The notes: a model not told the origin generated them from the sequence alone. A stretch of 64,000 nucleotides of DNA from Alphaproteobacteria bacterium (GCA_030428565.1 JAUIDR010000001.1:82431-146430); one strand, 5' to 3'; positions 10,496 to 20,668 are shown, counted from the stretch's first letter. Program-made: numbers and translations.

Positions 10496-12298
10496 GTGCC
10501 ATACGTAGTCGATTTCGCAGCAAAACCAAGCCTGCCGGCCATGTTTTTTGACGCCGCAAGCAACCGGGGCGATCATCCTTTCATGTGGGCTAAGCGCGAT
10601 AATGCTTGGCAAGCCATCTCCTACCGGCAAGCCACCGACAAAGTTCGCGCGCTCGCCAAAGCGCTTATTGCACGTGGGATCGAGCCTGGCGACCGCGTGG
10701 CTTTGGTATCGGAAAACCGGCCTGAATTTGCGCTGATCCACTTCGCGGTCATGAGCGCCGGCGCTGTAACCGTGCCCACCTACACCACCAATACCGTCGC
10801 GGATCACAAGCATATATTCTCGGATTCCGGGGCCAAGCTGGTGTTTGTTTCAACCAGGGCCCTTGCGTCTCGCGTTATACCGGCCGCGCAGGACTGCCCT
10901 GATATCACCGCCATAATCGGCATCGAAGAGTCCTTTGACGCCTCGCCGCTGGCAAGCAGCAACCTTGACGCTGAGATCGAGACAGGCCGCGCCCTGGAGG
11001 ACGAGTCCTTGGAAGCCCGCCTTGCACAGATCGACGTGAACGCGCTTGCGATCTTGATCTATACCTCAGGCACCGGCGGCGTACCCAAAGGCGTGATGCT
11101 CTCGCACGATGCCATCATGCTGAACTGCGAAGGGGCCTACGATGTCTTGAAGGACAGCTTTGACTTGGCCGACGAGACCTTTTTGAGCTTCTTGCCGCTC
11201 TCCCACTCCTATGAGCATATGGCGGGGCTGTGCTGGCCCATTTCGATGGGCGCGCAGATCTATTACGCCGAGGGCGCCGAAAAATTAGTCGCCAACATGG
11301 CTGAGGTGCGACCAACGGTTATGACCGCGGTTCCCCGCTTGTTCGAAGCCATGCGCGCCCGCGTCCTGAAGGGCATTGAGAGCGCCCCCAAGACCCGCCA
11401 GCGCCTGTTCTGGATGGCGGTCAACATCGGTCGCAAGCGCATTCTTGAGCCCGAAAATCTGACCTTAATGGAGCGCCTGCTGGACCCTTTGCTGGATCGC
11501 CTGGTGCGGGCCAAAGTTCGGGGCCGCTTCGGCGGGCGGCTAAAAGCGCTGGTCTCCGGCGGTGCCGCGCTGACACCTGATGTCGGCATCTTTTTCCAGG
11601 CGCTGGGCCTGACCCTGCTGCAAGGCTATGGCCAGACCGAGTCCGCGCCGCTTATCTCGGTCAACCGGCCCGAAATGCTCAAGATGGATACGGTTGGCCC
11701 GGCGTGTACCGGGGTCGAAATCAAAATCGCCCATGACGGTGAGATCTTGGCGCGCGGACGCAATATCATGATGGGCTATTGGAACATGCCCGAGGCGACA
11801 TCGCAGACCGTCGTCGACGGCTGGCTGCACACCGGTGATATCGGGAAAGTCGACGATCAAGGCCGCTTGATGATTACCGACCGCAAGAAGGATATCATCG
11901 TATTGTCGGGCGGTGATAACGTCTCACCTGCGCGCGTCGAGGGGATTTTGACCCTGGAGCCCGAGATCGCGCAAGCCATGGTTATTGGCGACAAGCGGCC
12001 CAACCTGGGCGCCCTGTTGGTACCGTCGGAAGACTTCATTGAAGACTGGGCCAAGTCCAACAGCAAACCCGCCGAGCTGCCCGCCCTTGCCGATGATCTG
12101 GACTTCATCAAGGCCATGAAGGCCGCTGTGGATCGCGCCAACAAGTCTTTGTCAAACATCGAAAAAGTCCGCCGAATCTGCATCGCTACCGAGGCTTTCA
12201 GCACAGAAAACGGCCAGATGACGGCTTCACTCAAGACGCGACGGCATATCGTCAAGGATCTCTATGCCGACAAGTTGGAGGCCCTATACACCAGCTAA
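10496..12298 (+). CDS. Long-chain fatty acid-CoA ligase (AMP-dependent synthetase)
   Basis: AMP-binding motif (YTSGTGGVPKGVMLSH), GYGQTE and DRKKDII motifs, about 600 aa. Confidence 0.75.
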   Translation: MPYVVDFAAKPSLPAMFFDAASNRGDHPFMWAKRDNAWQAISYRQATDKVRALAKALIARGIEPGDRVALVSENRPEFALIHFAVMSAGAVTVPTYTTNTVADHKHIFSDSGAKLVFVSTRALASRVIPAAQDCPDITAIIGIEESFDASPLASSNLDAEIETGRALEDESLEARLAQIDVNALAILIYTSGTGGVPKGVMLSHDAIMLNCEGAYDVLKDSFDLADETFLSFLPLSHSYEHMAGLCWPISMGAQIYYAEGAEKLVANMAEVRPTVMTAVPRLFEAMRARVLKGIESAPKTRQRLFWMAVNIGRKRILEPENLTLMERLLDPLLDRLVRAKVRGRFGGRLKALVSGGAALTPDVGIFFQALGLTLLQGYGQTESAPLISVNRPEMLKMDTVGPACTGVEIKIAHDGEILARGRNIMMGYWNMPEATSQTVVDGWLHTGDIGKVDDQGRLMITDRKKDIIVLSGGDNVSPARVEGILTLEPEIAQAMVIGDKRPNLGALLVPSEDFIEDWAKSNSKPAELPALADDLDFIKAMKAAVDRANKSLSNIEKVRRICIATEAFSTENGQMTASLKTRRHIVKDLYADKLEALYTS

Positions 12299-12493
12299 CA
12301 CCCACGTCCAGCAATTGAGGCATGGCTTAAGGGGGCTCCTCGGGCGGGGGCTTGGGGGCTGTGATAACCAGGTCGCTGGCCGCATTCGGTCGCTGGATTG
12401 CGCTTGCCAAGTCAGAAATTGGCCTACCAGGGCCACTTGCCATAAAAAGCTGCTTGCGCATCGCCGCTCTAGTGGCTATGCCAGCGCAACGGT

Positions 12494-12570
12494 CGGAGTG
12501 TAGCTCAGCCTGGTAGAGCACTGTCTTCGGGAGGCAGGGGTCGGAGGTTCGAATCCTCTCACTCCGACCA
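12494..12570 (+). tRNA. tRNA-Pro (anticodon CGG)
   Basis: A 77-nt cloverleaf folded by hand: acceptor CGGAGTG/CACTCCG, D-arm GCTC-AGCCTGGTA-GAGC, anticodon arm CTGTC-TTCGGGA-GGCAG (anticodon CGG), T-arm GGAGG-TTCGAAT-CCTCT, encoded CCA. The layout parallels E. coli proK. Confidence 0.8.
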
Positions 12571-12650
12571 GTCAAACGCGAGTTTGAGCGTAAGAGCTCC
12601 TCGCGGCCAAGAATTTCCCACATCAAGACCCCTTAAAGCGGTCGCGTTCG

Positions 12651-13205
12651 TCAGCTTAACTTGAGCGATGCAAAATCTTCAGCGGTCAAGGCAAAGCGCT
12701 CGTGATCGCGCCATGCGCCGTCGATAAACAGATATTTCGGTGAAAAACCTTCGTAGCGAAAGCCGAGCCGCTTGACCAAAGCGAGCGAACGGGCGTTGTT
12801 CGGTTGTACGTTGGCTTCGATGCGATGCAGCCCCAGGGTCTCAAAATAATAGCGCAAAGCAAGCTCTAGCCCTTCGCACATGATCCCCTGCCCGCTGGCG
12901 GGGCGGAAAGCGTAGAAACCTAGATAGCTACTCTGAAACAGCCCGCGCACGATTTGGCTGAAGTTAATGACGCCCGCCATCGCCAAGCTGTCGTTTTTGC
13001 GGATTAAAAAGCTGACTTGGTCGGGCTGACGCGCGCGTTCCAGAAATGATGCAAAAGCCTGCGTCGTACAGGGGGCCGCGACCCAGGGCGCATGGAGGTC
13101 AAGGCTCTGGCTCACGGCGGCCAGGAACTCAGTTCTGTCGTCGGTCTGAGGATACGCCAAGAAGCAGCGTGCCCCACGTGGCAGGGGTTGGCGGTCTTCG
13201 CCCAT
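12651..13205 (-). CDS. GNAT family N-acetyltransferase (RimJ/RimL-like)
   Basis: GNAT fold motifs and a C-terminal ..HRIEANVQPNNARSLALVKRLGFRYEG.. typical of ribosomal-protein acetyltransferase-like GNATs. Start is uncertain (13235 or 13205). Confidence 0.55.
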   Translation of the reverse strand: MGEDRQPLPRGARCFLAYPQTDDRTEFLAAVSQSLDLHAPWVAAPCTTQAFASFLERARQPDQVSFLIRKNDSLAMAGVINFSQIVRGLFQSSYLGFYAFRPASGQGIMCEGLELALRYYFETLGLHRIEANVQPNNARSLALVKRLGFRYEGFSPKYLFIDGAWRDHERFALTAEDFASLKLS

Positions 13206-13326
13206 GTCCTCACTCACCCAGACATTCCCATGCAAGCCGCGCTTTGCCCCGCGCCGCGCCAGTCATCAGAATTGGGATCATTATAAAAACCCATCGCCAG
13301 CAATCCGCGCACGCTCGCACTCAGCG

Positions 13327-13773
13327 CTAGAGCGCTTCGACCTCAACAACCGACGATCGCGCGGCTACAATCCGCACCTTTGTGCCTTCGTCCAGATCGG
13401 GCCCGCTGGCCGCCCACCTTGTGTCACCGACCCGCACCGCTCCGCGTCCATTGCGGATCGCTTCGCTGACCAGCGCTTGCTTACCGACGAGCGAACTAAC
13501 GCCCTGGTTCAGACTGGTTGACGGCCCTTTGTCGCGCGTTAGCAGACGACGTCCCACGAACAATCCCACCAGCGAAGCCAGGGAAAAGACCAGCGATTGC
13601 AGCAAGATCGACATATCTGGCATGACCACCATGGCCAGCGAGGTCAGCCCCGCGCCCAGCGCAAACCAAATAATGACGGTGGCGGGCAGCAAGATTTCTG
13701 CCACCCCCAACACCAACGCCAGCACCAGCCAGTGCCAGGCCGTCCACTGTGACCAATCGAGAAAATCCATCAT
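13327..13773 (-). CDS. NfeD family protein (short form, partner of the SPFH protein)
   Basis: N-terminal TM helices and a C-terminal OB-fold-like domain, immediately downstream of an SPFH gene in the same orientation. Confidence 0.6.
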   Translation of the reverse strand: MMDFLDWSQWTAWHWLVLALVLGVAEILLPATVIIWFALGAGLTSLAMVVMPDMSILLQSLVFSLASLVGLFVGRRLLTRDKGPSTSLNQGVSSLVGKQALVSEAIRNGRGAVRVGDTRWAASGPDLDEGTKVRIVAARSSVVEVEAL

Positions 13774-13895
13774 GGTAGGGGCTCCTTAAAATCGAGCTAA
13801 GGAATTGAAACGTATCATTTATACCACAGGCCTTGCCAGAGGCATGGTAGCGATGGCGGGCTTGGTTTGCATGGATTGTGCGGTCGCTTCCGGCG

Positions 13896-14864
13896 CTAGG
13901 ACTTGGCGCCCCATGGGCCATTGTCGCTCGCCCCTGCGCCGCCGCCAGGCATGTCCTTCATGGCTTCTTTGGCCAGCGAGGCGATACCGCCTACCGCGCC
14001 AATAACGCTCGACGCTTCTAGGGGCATATAGACCACCTTGGCATTGTCCGACGAGGCCATTTTCTCCAGCGCTTCGGTATAACGAGTGGCGACGAAATAG
14101 TTCACGGCTTGGACCGAACCCGACCCAATGGCATCGGAGACCATGCGCGTTGCTTCGGCTTCGGCCTGCGCCGAACGCTCGCGGGCTTCTGCATCCCGGA
14201 AAGCGGCTTCCTTGCGGCCTTCTGCCTCCAAAATCGCCGCCTGCTTCATGCCCTCAGCGCGCAGAATCTCGGCTTCACGGTCGCCTTGAGCGTCAAGGAT
14301 CTGTGCCCGCTTTTCGCGTTCGGCCTTCATCTGGCGGGCCATGGCATTGACCAAATCCTTGGGCGGTTCAATGTCCTTAATTTCGATCCGCGTGACCTTG
14401 ACACCCCAAGGATCAGTGGCGTGATCCACCACCGACAGCAAGCGCGCATTGATTTGATCGCGCTGAGATAGCAGTTCGTCCAAGTCCATTGATCCCATGA
14501 CGGTACGAATATTGGTCATGGTCAGATTAATGATTGCGGCCTGCAAGCTAGCAACCTCGTAGGAGGCCTTGGCGGCGTCCATGACCGCAAAAAACACAAC
14601 CCCATCTACCGCCACCATGGCGTTATCTTTGGTTATGATCTCCTGTCGGTCGATGTCCAAGACCTGCTCCATCATGTTGACCTTGCGGCCAACGCGATCG
14701 ATGAAGGGCACGATAATATTTAGGCCCGGCTCCAAGGTACCCCGGTAGCGACCAAAGCGCTCTAGCGTCCATTTATACCCCTGGGGAACCTGTTTGACGG
14801 TCGACCAAAGGGCGGCGACCACCAGGAAGAGAATGACAAACGGAAGGAGGAGCGCTTCTAACAT
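13896..14864 (-). CDS. SPFH/band-7 (stomatin-like) family protein
   Basis: N-terminal TM, an SPFH domain, and a coiled-coil Ala/Glu/Arg-rich region ([25 protein letters not shown]). Start at MLEALLL. Confidence 0.75.
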   Translation of the reverse strand: MLEALLLPFVILFLVVAALWSTVKQVPQGYKWTLERFGRYRGTLEPGLNIIVPFIDRVGRKVNMMEQVLDIDRQEIITKDNAMVAVDGVVFFAVMDAAKASYEVASLQAAIINLTMTNIRTVMGSMDLDELLSQRDQINARLLSVVDHATDPWGVKVTRIEIKDIEPPKDLVNAMARQMKAEREKRAQILDAQGDREAEILRAEGMKQAAILEAEGRKEAAFRDAEARERSAQAEAEATRMVSDAIGSGSVQAVNYFVATRYTEALEKMASSDNAKVVYMPLEASSVIGAVGGIASLAKEAMKDMPGGGAGASDNGPWGAKS

Positions 14865-15075
14865 TTCAAATCCTTTAAGACAGAGCGGCGACGCGGCTAG
14901 GGTGGAGACCCTAGGCCGACTCTTGACTATTAAAATGGGCACGACGCATCGAATTTGCCACACTTAGTTACAGAATTAGCATCTTGCTACGACTGAATAT
15001 GGAACCCCCACGCTCTTCCAAAGCCTGAAACGCTCCTTGCGGCCCCGCATGGGTATGCTGGCGGGGATGGCGCGG

Positions 15076-15123
15076 GCCGTGAACCAAGCCGTGAACCAAG
15101 CTGTGAACAGGGCCGTCAACCGG
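15076..15123. repeat. Degenerate 12-bp tandem repeat (GCCGTGAACCAA, 4 copies)
   Basis: Read directly: gccgtgaaccaa / gccgtgaaccaa / gctgtgaacagg / gccgtcaaccgg. It lies between the sulfatase stop (15224) and the SPFH start (14864). Confidence 0.6.
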
Positions 15124-15223
15124 GCCGAGACCCAGGCGGTGGCTCGGGCTTGGCGCTCAACACCTGCATGGTCGGATGACCGAATTGATGGCTCAGCGAG
15201 CCTCGCCGATCACCAATTTTGCA

Positions 15224-16774
15224 CTAGGCCATCCCCACCTGTTTTTGCACCCCTTGCGCGCCATCGGGCCTGGTGTCGAGCATCGCCATCATCTCGGCGC
15301 GTCGTTCAGCATAAGCAGGATCGTCAAAACGATTTGTCAGCTCGTGCGGATCGCGCTCTAGATCATAGAGTTCACCGGCCCCAGATAGCCGATCCACGGT
15401 CATTTTCATCGTCTTGCAACGAACGGTGCGCAAGGAAAGGCCGACGCCTGCCCGGCTCGCCAACAGCTCCCATTCGTTCAGAGCAAAAGCGCGCGTCCCC
15501 TCACCTTCTATCACGGGGCGTAAGCTTTGCCCGTGCTGGGGCAACAGGCTATGCGTCCCGGCATAGTCGCAAAAAGTGGCCCCTAGGTCCAAGGTCGAGA
15601 CCGGCTCAAGCGAGCGCTTGCCTTCCGGCACACCAGGCCCGGCCCAAATCATCGGCACACGCAACAGGCCCTCATAGTGCATCGGCCCCTTGAGGACGAG
15701 GCCGTGATCACCCAGCCAGTCGCCGTGATCCGAGATGTAGACGACCAGGGTGTTTTCGCTCAAGCCTGCCTCATGTAAGGCGATCATCAAGCGACCGACC
15801 TGGTGGTCGATCAACGCAATTTGGCCATAGGTGTTGGCGATGATCTCGCGCAGTTGTTCGTCGCTCTGCTCGCTGATACGCGAGTAGTTCTTACGTATCT
15901 GCGCATGCTGCTTTTCGCCTTCGGGTTCGCGGGTCAAGACGGCCTCGTGCCACCAGGGCCGCCCTTCAAAGCTCCGTTCGCGATGGATCGGCAAATCAAC
16001 CTCGCTGGGGGCGTGCAGACGCGACCAAGGCTCGGGGCAATCAAAGGGGTGATGCGGATCGGGAAAGCTGACCCAAGCACAAAACGGAGCGTCGGCCTTG
16101 CGCTCGCCATCGCTGGCAATGCCCTGTTGTTTGATCCAATCGATCGCGCGGTCGGCGGTCCAACTGGAATTGTGCCAAGCAGTCGGCAACTTTGAATGCC
16201 AGGTCTGCGCTGCCCCCTTGGTATCGCCCGCATTTTCGCGATAGAGCGCGTTCTTATGATCGCCCCGCCCATCGGCGTAGAACCAGCGCTCGAAGTGCTG
16301 GCCGCGTGGCGGCTTTTCCGGCAAGAACCAATTGTGACCCACCAACATCATCTCGACGTGCTGAAACCCCATGTAGGGACCGTACCAATCCGGCCCATAG
16401 TCCGCCGATGATTGCAGGGATTCAGGCGTGCCGGTTGCTTCAAAGGTATGGTAGGTCGAAAAGTGCGCCTTGCCGAAGAAGGCGGTTTGATAGCCCGAGG
16501 CCGCCAAAGCGCCCGCAAAGCCGCGCTCGCCGATTTCAGGGGCAAGATCGATGCCGTTATCGTGGACCCCATGCGTTCGGCAAAGCTGGCCGGTCAGGAT
16601 CGAAGCCCGCGCGGGCTGGCACACGACGCACGGGGTGATGCAGGCCTCAAACCGTGTTCCGCGAGCGGCAAGTGCGTCCAGATGAGGCGTCTTTACCTTG
16701 CGCCCCATGTGGCCCAAGCAGTCGCCCCGCTGCTGGTCGGCTGAGATCAACAGGATATTGGGAGCGGTCGTCAT
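15224..16774 (-). CDS. Arylsulfatase-family (formylglycine-dependent) sulfatase
   Basis: N-terminal sulfatase signature with a C-x-P-x-R motif (CQPARASILTG), a metal-binding DHG, and about 516 aa. Confidence 0.75.
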   Translation of the reverse strand: MTTAPNILLISADQQRGDCLGHMGRKVKTPHLDALAARGTRFEACITPCVVCQPARASILTGQLCRTHGVHDNGIDLAPEIGERGFAGALAASGYQTAFFGKAHFSTYHTFEATGTPESLQSSADYGPDWYGPYMGFQHVEMMLVGHNWFLPEKPPRGQHFERWFYADGRGDHKNALYRENAGDTKGAAQTWHSKLPTAWHNSSWTADRAIDWIKQQGIASDGERKADAPFCAWVSFPDPHHPFDCPEPWSRLHAPSEVDLPIHRERSFEGRPWWHEAVLTREPEGEKQHAQIRKNYSRISEQSDEQLREIIANTYGQIALIDHQVGRLMIALHEAGLSENTLVVYISDHGDWLGDHGLVLKGPMHYEGLLRVPMIWAGPGVPEGKRSLEPVSTLDLGATFCDYAGTHSLLPQHGQSLRPVIEGEGTRAFALNEWELLASRAGVGLSLRTVRCKTMKMTVDRLSGAGELYDLERDPHELTNRFDDPAYAERRAEMMAMLDTRPDGAQGVQKQVGMA

Positions 16775-16819
16775 AGCGCATCCTTAACGAATTGAAAATT
16801 AGGACAATTATGGCTGGTA

Positions 16820-18454
16820 TCACTTGCCGGTTTTGGGCTCATGGTGACTTTCTGGTGGTGCGGCTGCCTCCGAACGCCAAAAGGCCATGGCCACCACCGC
16901 CACAGAAACGAGAATGAAGACCAGAGCAATCGGGCTGTGTAGCAAAAACAAGGCGTCGCCACCGGTTGCAGCAAAGGCTTGGCGGGCGGTATCTTCCAGA
17001 TTGCGCCCCAATATGAATGCGATGACAAAGGGCAGCACAGACATGTCGATGCGACGCATGAAATAGCCCAAGAACCCAAATCCGATGGCAAAGTAGACCC
17101 CAGCCATAGAGGTGAGCTGAACATAGATGGCTGTCAGCGTCAGCAGCAAAATCACCGGCAACAACAAATGCTTAGGAATGCGTGCCATCACGCCAACCGA
17201 GCGCATGAACAGCCCGCCTAGGCTCCAGTTCAGCGCGTTGGCCACCATCATTGCGGTGAAGATCCCAAACACCACCACCAGCTCAGGATTGACGCCTTCG
17301 CCCGTGACGCCGCCGCTCAACTTGAACACCGATGGACCGGGATTAAAACCGCCAATGCTATCCATCGCTAAGATCAAAAACACAGCCGCAGCATTGCCTG
17401 GGATGCCGAGCGATAGCACGGGTATGAGGTTGGCCCCCGATACAGCCGAATTGGCGGCTTCGGTCGCCGCGACGCCCTCAATGCGACCGCTGCCAAACCG
17501 GGCCTGTTCCGGATTTTTGCGGGCGTGGGAGCGTCGACCAGAGGCATAGCCAAGAGTGGCCGCCAGTGTGGAGCCAATGCCAGGTAGCGCCCCGATGGCG
17601 GTGCCAATCAAGGCTGAGGAGCGAATGTAAGGCCAACAGGCACGCACGTCCGCCCAACCAAAGCGATTGTCTGCACTGGCTTCCGCCTGCGATAGATCAC
17701 GGGCCTGTGGCCCGCTACGAAGCAGGTCTTCCAGCCCCTTGAAAACCTCGCCCAAAATGAGCACGCCCAAGACCGCCGTTACCACGGGGAAGCCATCCGC
17801 CAAGGCTTCTTGGCCCAGGGACAGGCGGGGGTAAAAATCCTCTCCCTTGCCGATGTAGGCGACTAACAGGCCCAAGCCTGCCGATATCAAGCCCTTGGCG
17901 GCTGAGCGCCCCACCACCGCCGCGATAAAGCTGAGCGATAAGATGATAAGCCCCGTCTTTTCAGGCAAGTCCAAGAAGCGCTCGACCATAATGGCCAGAA
18001 AGGGCGCTGAGGTGAACAAGACTAGATCCGAGAAAGTATCACCACTGGCAGAGGCGAAGTGTGCGGCCTTCAGCGCCTTACGGGCCTTCCCACGCTTGGC
18101 CATGGGATAGCCGTCGAAGGTGGTCAGCAGCGCATCCGGTGTCCCGGGGGTGTTGAACAAAATCGCTGGTACAGCGCCACCGATCGTGGCCCCCTTCATG
18201 ATGCCGATCAGGAAGCCCAGCACGGGCAGCAAGGCGTCTTGCTTAACCCCAAAGATCGAGATGAGGATCGGCAGCGCGATCGCCATCGCCATGGGCCCCG
18301 CGAGCCCCGGCGTCGCGCCTACGATGATGCCAATGCAAAAACCCGCCACGATCATTAACAGCGTGATACTGATCGGAATGCCGAATATTTCGAAGGCAGG
18401 GCCTACGGTAAAGACCGTTAGGACGCCCAGCCAAAGATGTTCCCAAAACCCCAC
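16820..18454 (-). CDS. tctA: Tripartite tricarboxylate transporter permease TctA
   Basis: Large polytopic TctA-family protein of about 540 aa. Forms a minus-strand operon with tctB and tctC. Confidence 0.8.
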   Translation of the reverse strand: MGFWEHLWLGVLTVFTVGPAFEIFGIPISITLLMIVAGFCIGIIVGATPGLAGPMAMAIALPILISIFGVKQDALLPVLGFLIGIMKGATIGGAVPAILFNTPGTPDALLTTFDGYPMAKRGKARKALKAAHFASASGDTFSDLVLFTSAPFLAIMVERFLDLPEKTGLIILSLSFIAAVVGRSAAKGLISAGLGLLVAYIGKGEDFYPRLSLGQEALADGFPVVTAVLGVLILGEVFKGLEDLLRSGPQARDLSQAEASADNRFGWADVRACWPYIRSSALIGTAIGALPGIGSTLAATLGYASGRRSHARKNPEQARFGSGRIEGVAATEAANSAVSGANLIPVLSLGIPGNAAAVFLILAMDSIGGFNPGPSVFKLSGGVTGEGVNPELVVVFGIFTAMMVANALNWSLGGLFMRSVGVMARIPKHLLLPVILLLTLTAIYVQLTSMAGVYFAIGFGFLGYFMRRIDMSVLPFVIAFILGRNLEDTARQAFAATGGDALFLLHSPIALVFILVSVAVVAMAFWRSEAAAPPESHHEPKTGK

Positions 18455-19020
18455 TACAAGTCCCCATTTGGCGGCAACAACAGATCGTCAAAGGGCAAAT
18501 CATAGACCAACGCGATGATCAAAGGAGCCAAAACAGCCACCAGAAATGCGCGCACGGTCAAGCGACGCTCAACGGCGACAATGCTGACAAAAATCAATAC
18601 AAAGCCGCCACTCAAAAAGCCCAGATATTTCCAGGGCAAGGTATCGCGCAAATTGCGATAGCTCTCCGCCTCCCCGGCGAGCGTCACCGCCAAGGGACCG
18701 ATCCAACGCATGAGCAGAAAGGCCACAAACAGCAGCCCAAAACTGAGCCCCGCAAAACGCAAGCTAGACCAGCCCAGGGGCATAGGCTCGCCGCGCCCCA
18801 AGAGAGCATTGATCGTGACCAAGCCGCCCCCCAGTGCGATCAACACAGCTGCCACGCTGGGCGCCAAGGCATCGCCGATCACCCAGCGCCGGCGCACTTT
18901 CTCAATCAGGCCCGTGTCGGTGTCCAGCGGCACCCAGATCAACAAAACAAACAGCGCAAAAGCCAGAAAGGCGAGCCCTAAGACAAGCTCGCCTTTGTTG
19001 TTGTGCTTCATGACAAGCAA
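18454..19020 (-). CDS. tctB: Tripartite tricarboxylate transporter small subunit TctB
   Basis: Small 4-TM protein between tctC and tctA; its stop overlaps the tctA start by 1 nt. Confidence 0.55.
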   Translation of the reverse strand: MLVMKHNNKGELVLGLAFLAFALFVLLIWVPLDTDTGLIEKVRRRWVIGDALAPSVAAVLIALGGGLVTINALLGRGEPMPLGWSSLRFAGLSFGLLFVAFLLMRWIGPLAVTLAGEAESYRNLRDTLPWKYLGFLSGGFVLIFVSIVAVERRLTVRAFLVAVLAPLIIALVYDLPFDDLLLPPNGDL

Positions 19021-19030
19021 CCGTGGCCGG

Positions 19031-19990
19031 TTATTCAGACGCTGCGCTCAACAGACCCTGCGCGCCGTTCGAAGCGCTGGAAAGCAGGGTGTCGAATTCT
19101 GCACCGCTGATGGTCTTGGCCCCCGCGAATGCCTTGGCGATAATGCCGCCGGCCTTGGTGCTAGGGTCGCTAACCACTTCGATAATGGCCTCGCTCAAGG
19201 CTGTACGTGCATCGTCCGACAGACCAGCTGGCGCGACGAAAGCAAAATAGCCATCGGCATTGAAATCAACGCCGTAGGCACTCATGGTGGCCGCGTCCGG
19301 CGACTGGGCTAGTGGTACCGACATAGCAGAGGCCAGGTTTACCAAGTCACCCGAAGCAACGCCCTTGGCTTGAATACCCGCCATAAAGCCCAGATCCATG
19401 TCACCCGCTTGTACGCCGTTCATGACCGCTTTACCGCCACGCACCTGCACTGTGTTGAACGCGACGGCGTTGGCCTCACCCAACAGGTAGGCCAAGTCAG
19501 ACAGTTTGGGCGACATGGTGCCAAAGCGAATAGCTTGCCCGCCCTTGGCCGCTTCAATCACCTCTGCAAAACTCGTCCAGCCCTTTTCGGCCTTGGCGAC
19601 GATGCCCATTTGAAAGCCCGCGACCGTTGTCAGCGCGGTAAAGTCCTCCAAGGCGACGGGGTTTCCGGCTGCAACGCGGTTATAGCCCAAGGTCTCGGTC
19701 ACGATCATCGCGATTGCAGTGCCGTCTGCGGGCTCCTTCGCCAAAGCAACCGCTGCGTTGAGGCCGCCTTTTCCTGTGACCTGTTCAGGCAAGATTGACC
19801 AGCCCTTGCGCTTTTCGATCTCTTCGGCGGTTGCCCGCGCAATGGTATCCGCGCCGCCGCCAGCGGCAAAAGCGATAATCAATTTGATCGGTCCGCTGGG
19901 TTGCCATTGCGCCTGCGCGGTTCCTAAGCCAGCGGCGCTCAGACCAACCGCCAGCAAAGCCGTGCCCGCAAACTTTGCCAATTTTTGCAT
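19031..19990 (-). CDS. tctC: Tripartite tricarboxylate transporter substrate-binding protein TctC (Bug family)
   Basis: Signal peptide followed by a Bug/TctC-like periplasmic binding fold of about 320 aa. First gene of the tctCBA operon. Confidence 0.75.
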   Translation of the reverse strand: MQKLAKFAGTALLAVGLSAAGLGTAQAQWQPSGPIKLIIAFAAGGGADTIARATAEEIEKRKGWSILPEQVTGKGGLNAAVALAKEPADGTAIAMIVTETLGYNRVAAGNPVALEDFTALTTVAGFQMGIVAKAEKGWTSFAEVIEAAKGGQAIRFGTMSPKLSDLAYLLGEANAVAFNTVQVRGGKAVMNGVQAGDMDLGFMAGIQAKGVASGDLVNLASAMSVPLAQSPDAATMSAYGVDFNADGYFAFVAPAGLSDDARTALSEAIIEVVSDPSTKAGGIIAKAFAGAKTISGAEFDTLLSSASNGAQGLLSAASE

Positions 19991-20035
19991 TTTCTTCCTC
20001 CCTTGCTTTTGTCCTTTGACCTTGACAGAAACTTA

Positions 20036-20047
20036 TTGACCGGTCAA
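20036..20047. promoter_or_regulatory. Perfect 12-bp palindrome TTGACCGGTCAA in the tctC/marR divergent promoter region; candidate MarR operator
   Basis: Read directly. TTGAC half-sites also occur at 20016-20027 (tttgaccttgaca). The palindrome sits 10-20 nt upstream of the first possible marR start codon. Confidence 0.3.
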
Positions 20048-20056
20048 ATTAATTTA

Positions 20057-20668
20057 ATGAATAAGCAATTTCTTCCCCGAGCGCCGCAAATGTCTGCTAA
20101 AGACGATGGGGTCTCACCAAGCATAGACACTCATATGAGCGAGCGTTCAGCGTCCAATAAAAACCGATCAGACACCGCCAAGGCCGCCGCTTCGGGCGGG
20201 CAATCGGCCGAGGCTGCCTCGAGCGACGATGTTTCTCAGTCATTCCGAGACATGTTGACGGTGCGCCTGCCGCACATCCAAGCCAGCCTCAACGCGCAAG
20301 CGTCGGCAATATTAGCGCGCGAAGCAGGCCTGTCGCTCATCCAATGGCGCATCTTGTTCTTGCTGGTTCGTATGGGCCCCGCCACGGCCACACAAATCAA
20401 CGAGGTCTCCGCCATGGATCCCGGCCTGCTTAGCCGCAAGATCAAGGCCATGGCAGATAGCGACATGCTGCAAGTGCAGCCCTCTGTTGAAGACCACCGC
20501 CGCAAATTGCTGTCGATAACGCCCTTGGGGCGCCGTCTGTTTGAAAAGGCTCTGCCCGCGATGCGCCAGCGCCAAGAGCGTATCCGCAGCTTTTTACCGC
20601 CGGAAGATATGCTGCGATTTCTCGACTATCTGGACCAACTCAGCACGCTCGCTGAAGAAGACATGTAG
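20057..20668 (+). CDS. MarR family transcriptional regulator
   Basis: Winged-HTH MarR core (LSLIQWRILFLLVRMGPATATQINEVSAMDPGLLSRKIKAMADSDMLQVQPSVEDHRRKLLSITPLGRRLFE). Start is ambiguous: 20057, 20093 or 20135. Lies divergent to tctC and 48 nt upstream of the second sulfatase. Confidence 0.65.
   Translation: MNKQFLPRAPQMSAKDDGVSPSIDTHMSERSASNKNRSDTAKAAASGGQSAEAASSDDVSQSFRDMLTVRLPHIQASLNAQASAILAREAGLSLIQWRILFLLVRMGPATATQINEVSAMDPGLLSRKIKAMADSDMLQVQPSVEDHRRKLLSITPLGRRLFEKALPAMRQRQERIRSFLPPEDMLRFLDYLDQLSTLAEEDM

Noticed and set aside
12327-12626. 99-aa minus-strand ORF
   Set aside because: It overlaps the hand-folded tRNA-Pro(CGG) gene on the opposite strand; the tRNA call is far better supported.
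15037-15693. 218-aa + strand ORF beginning MRPRMGMLAGMARAVNQAVNQAVNRAVNRA
   Set aside because: It is the in-frame translation of the 12-bp tandem repeat followed by antisense read-through of the minus-strand sulfatase gene, with no independent coding signal.
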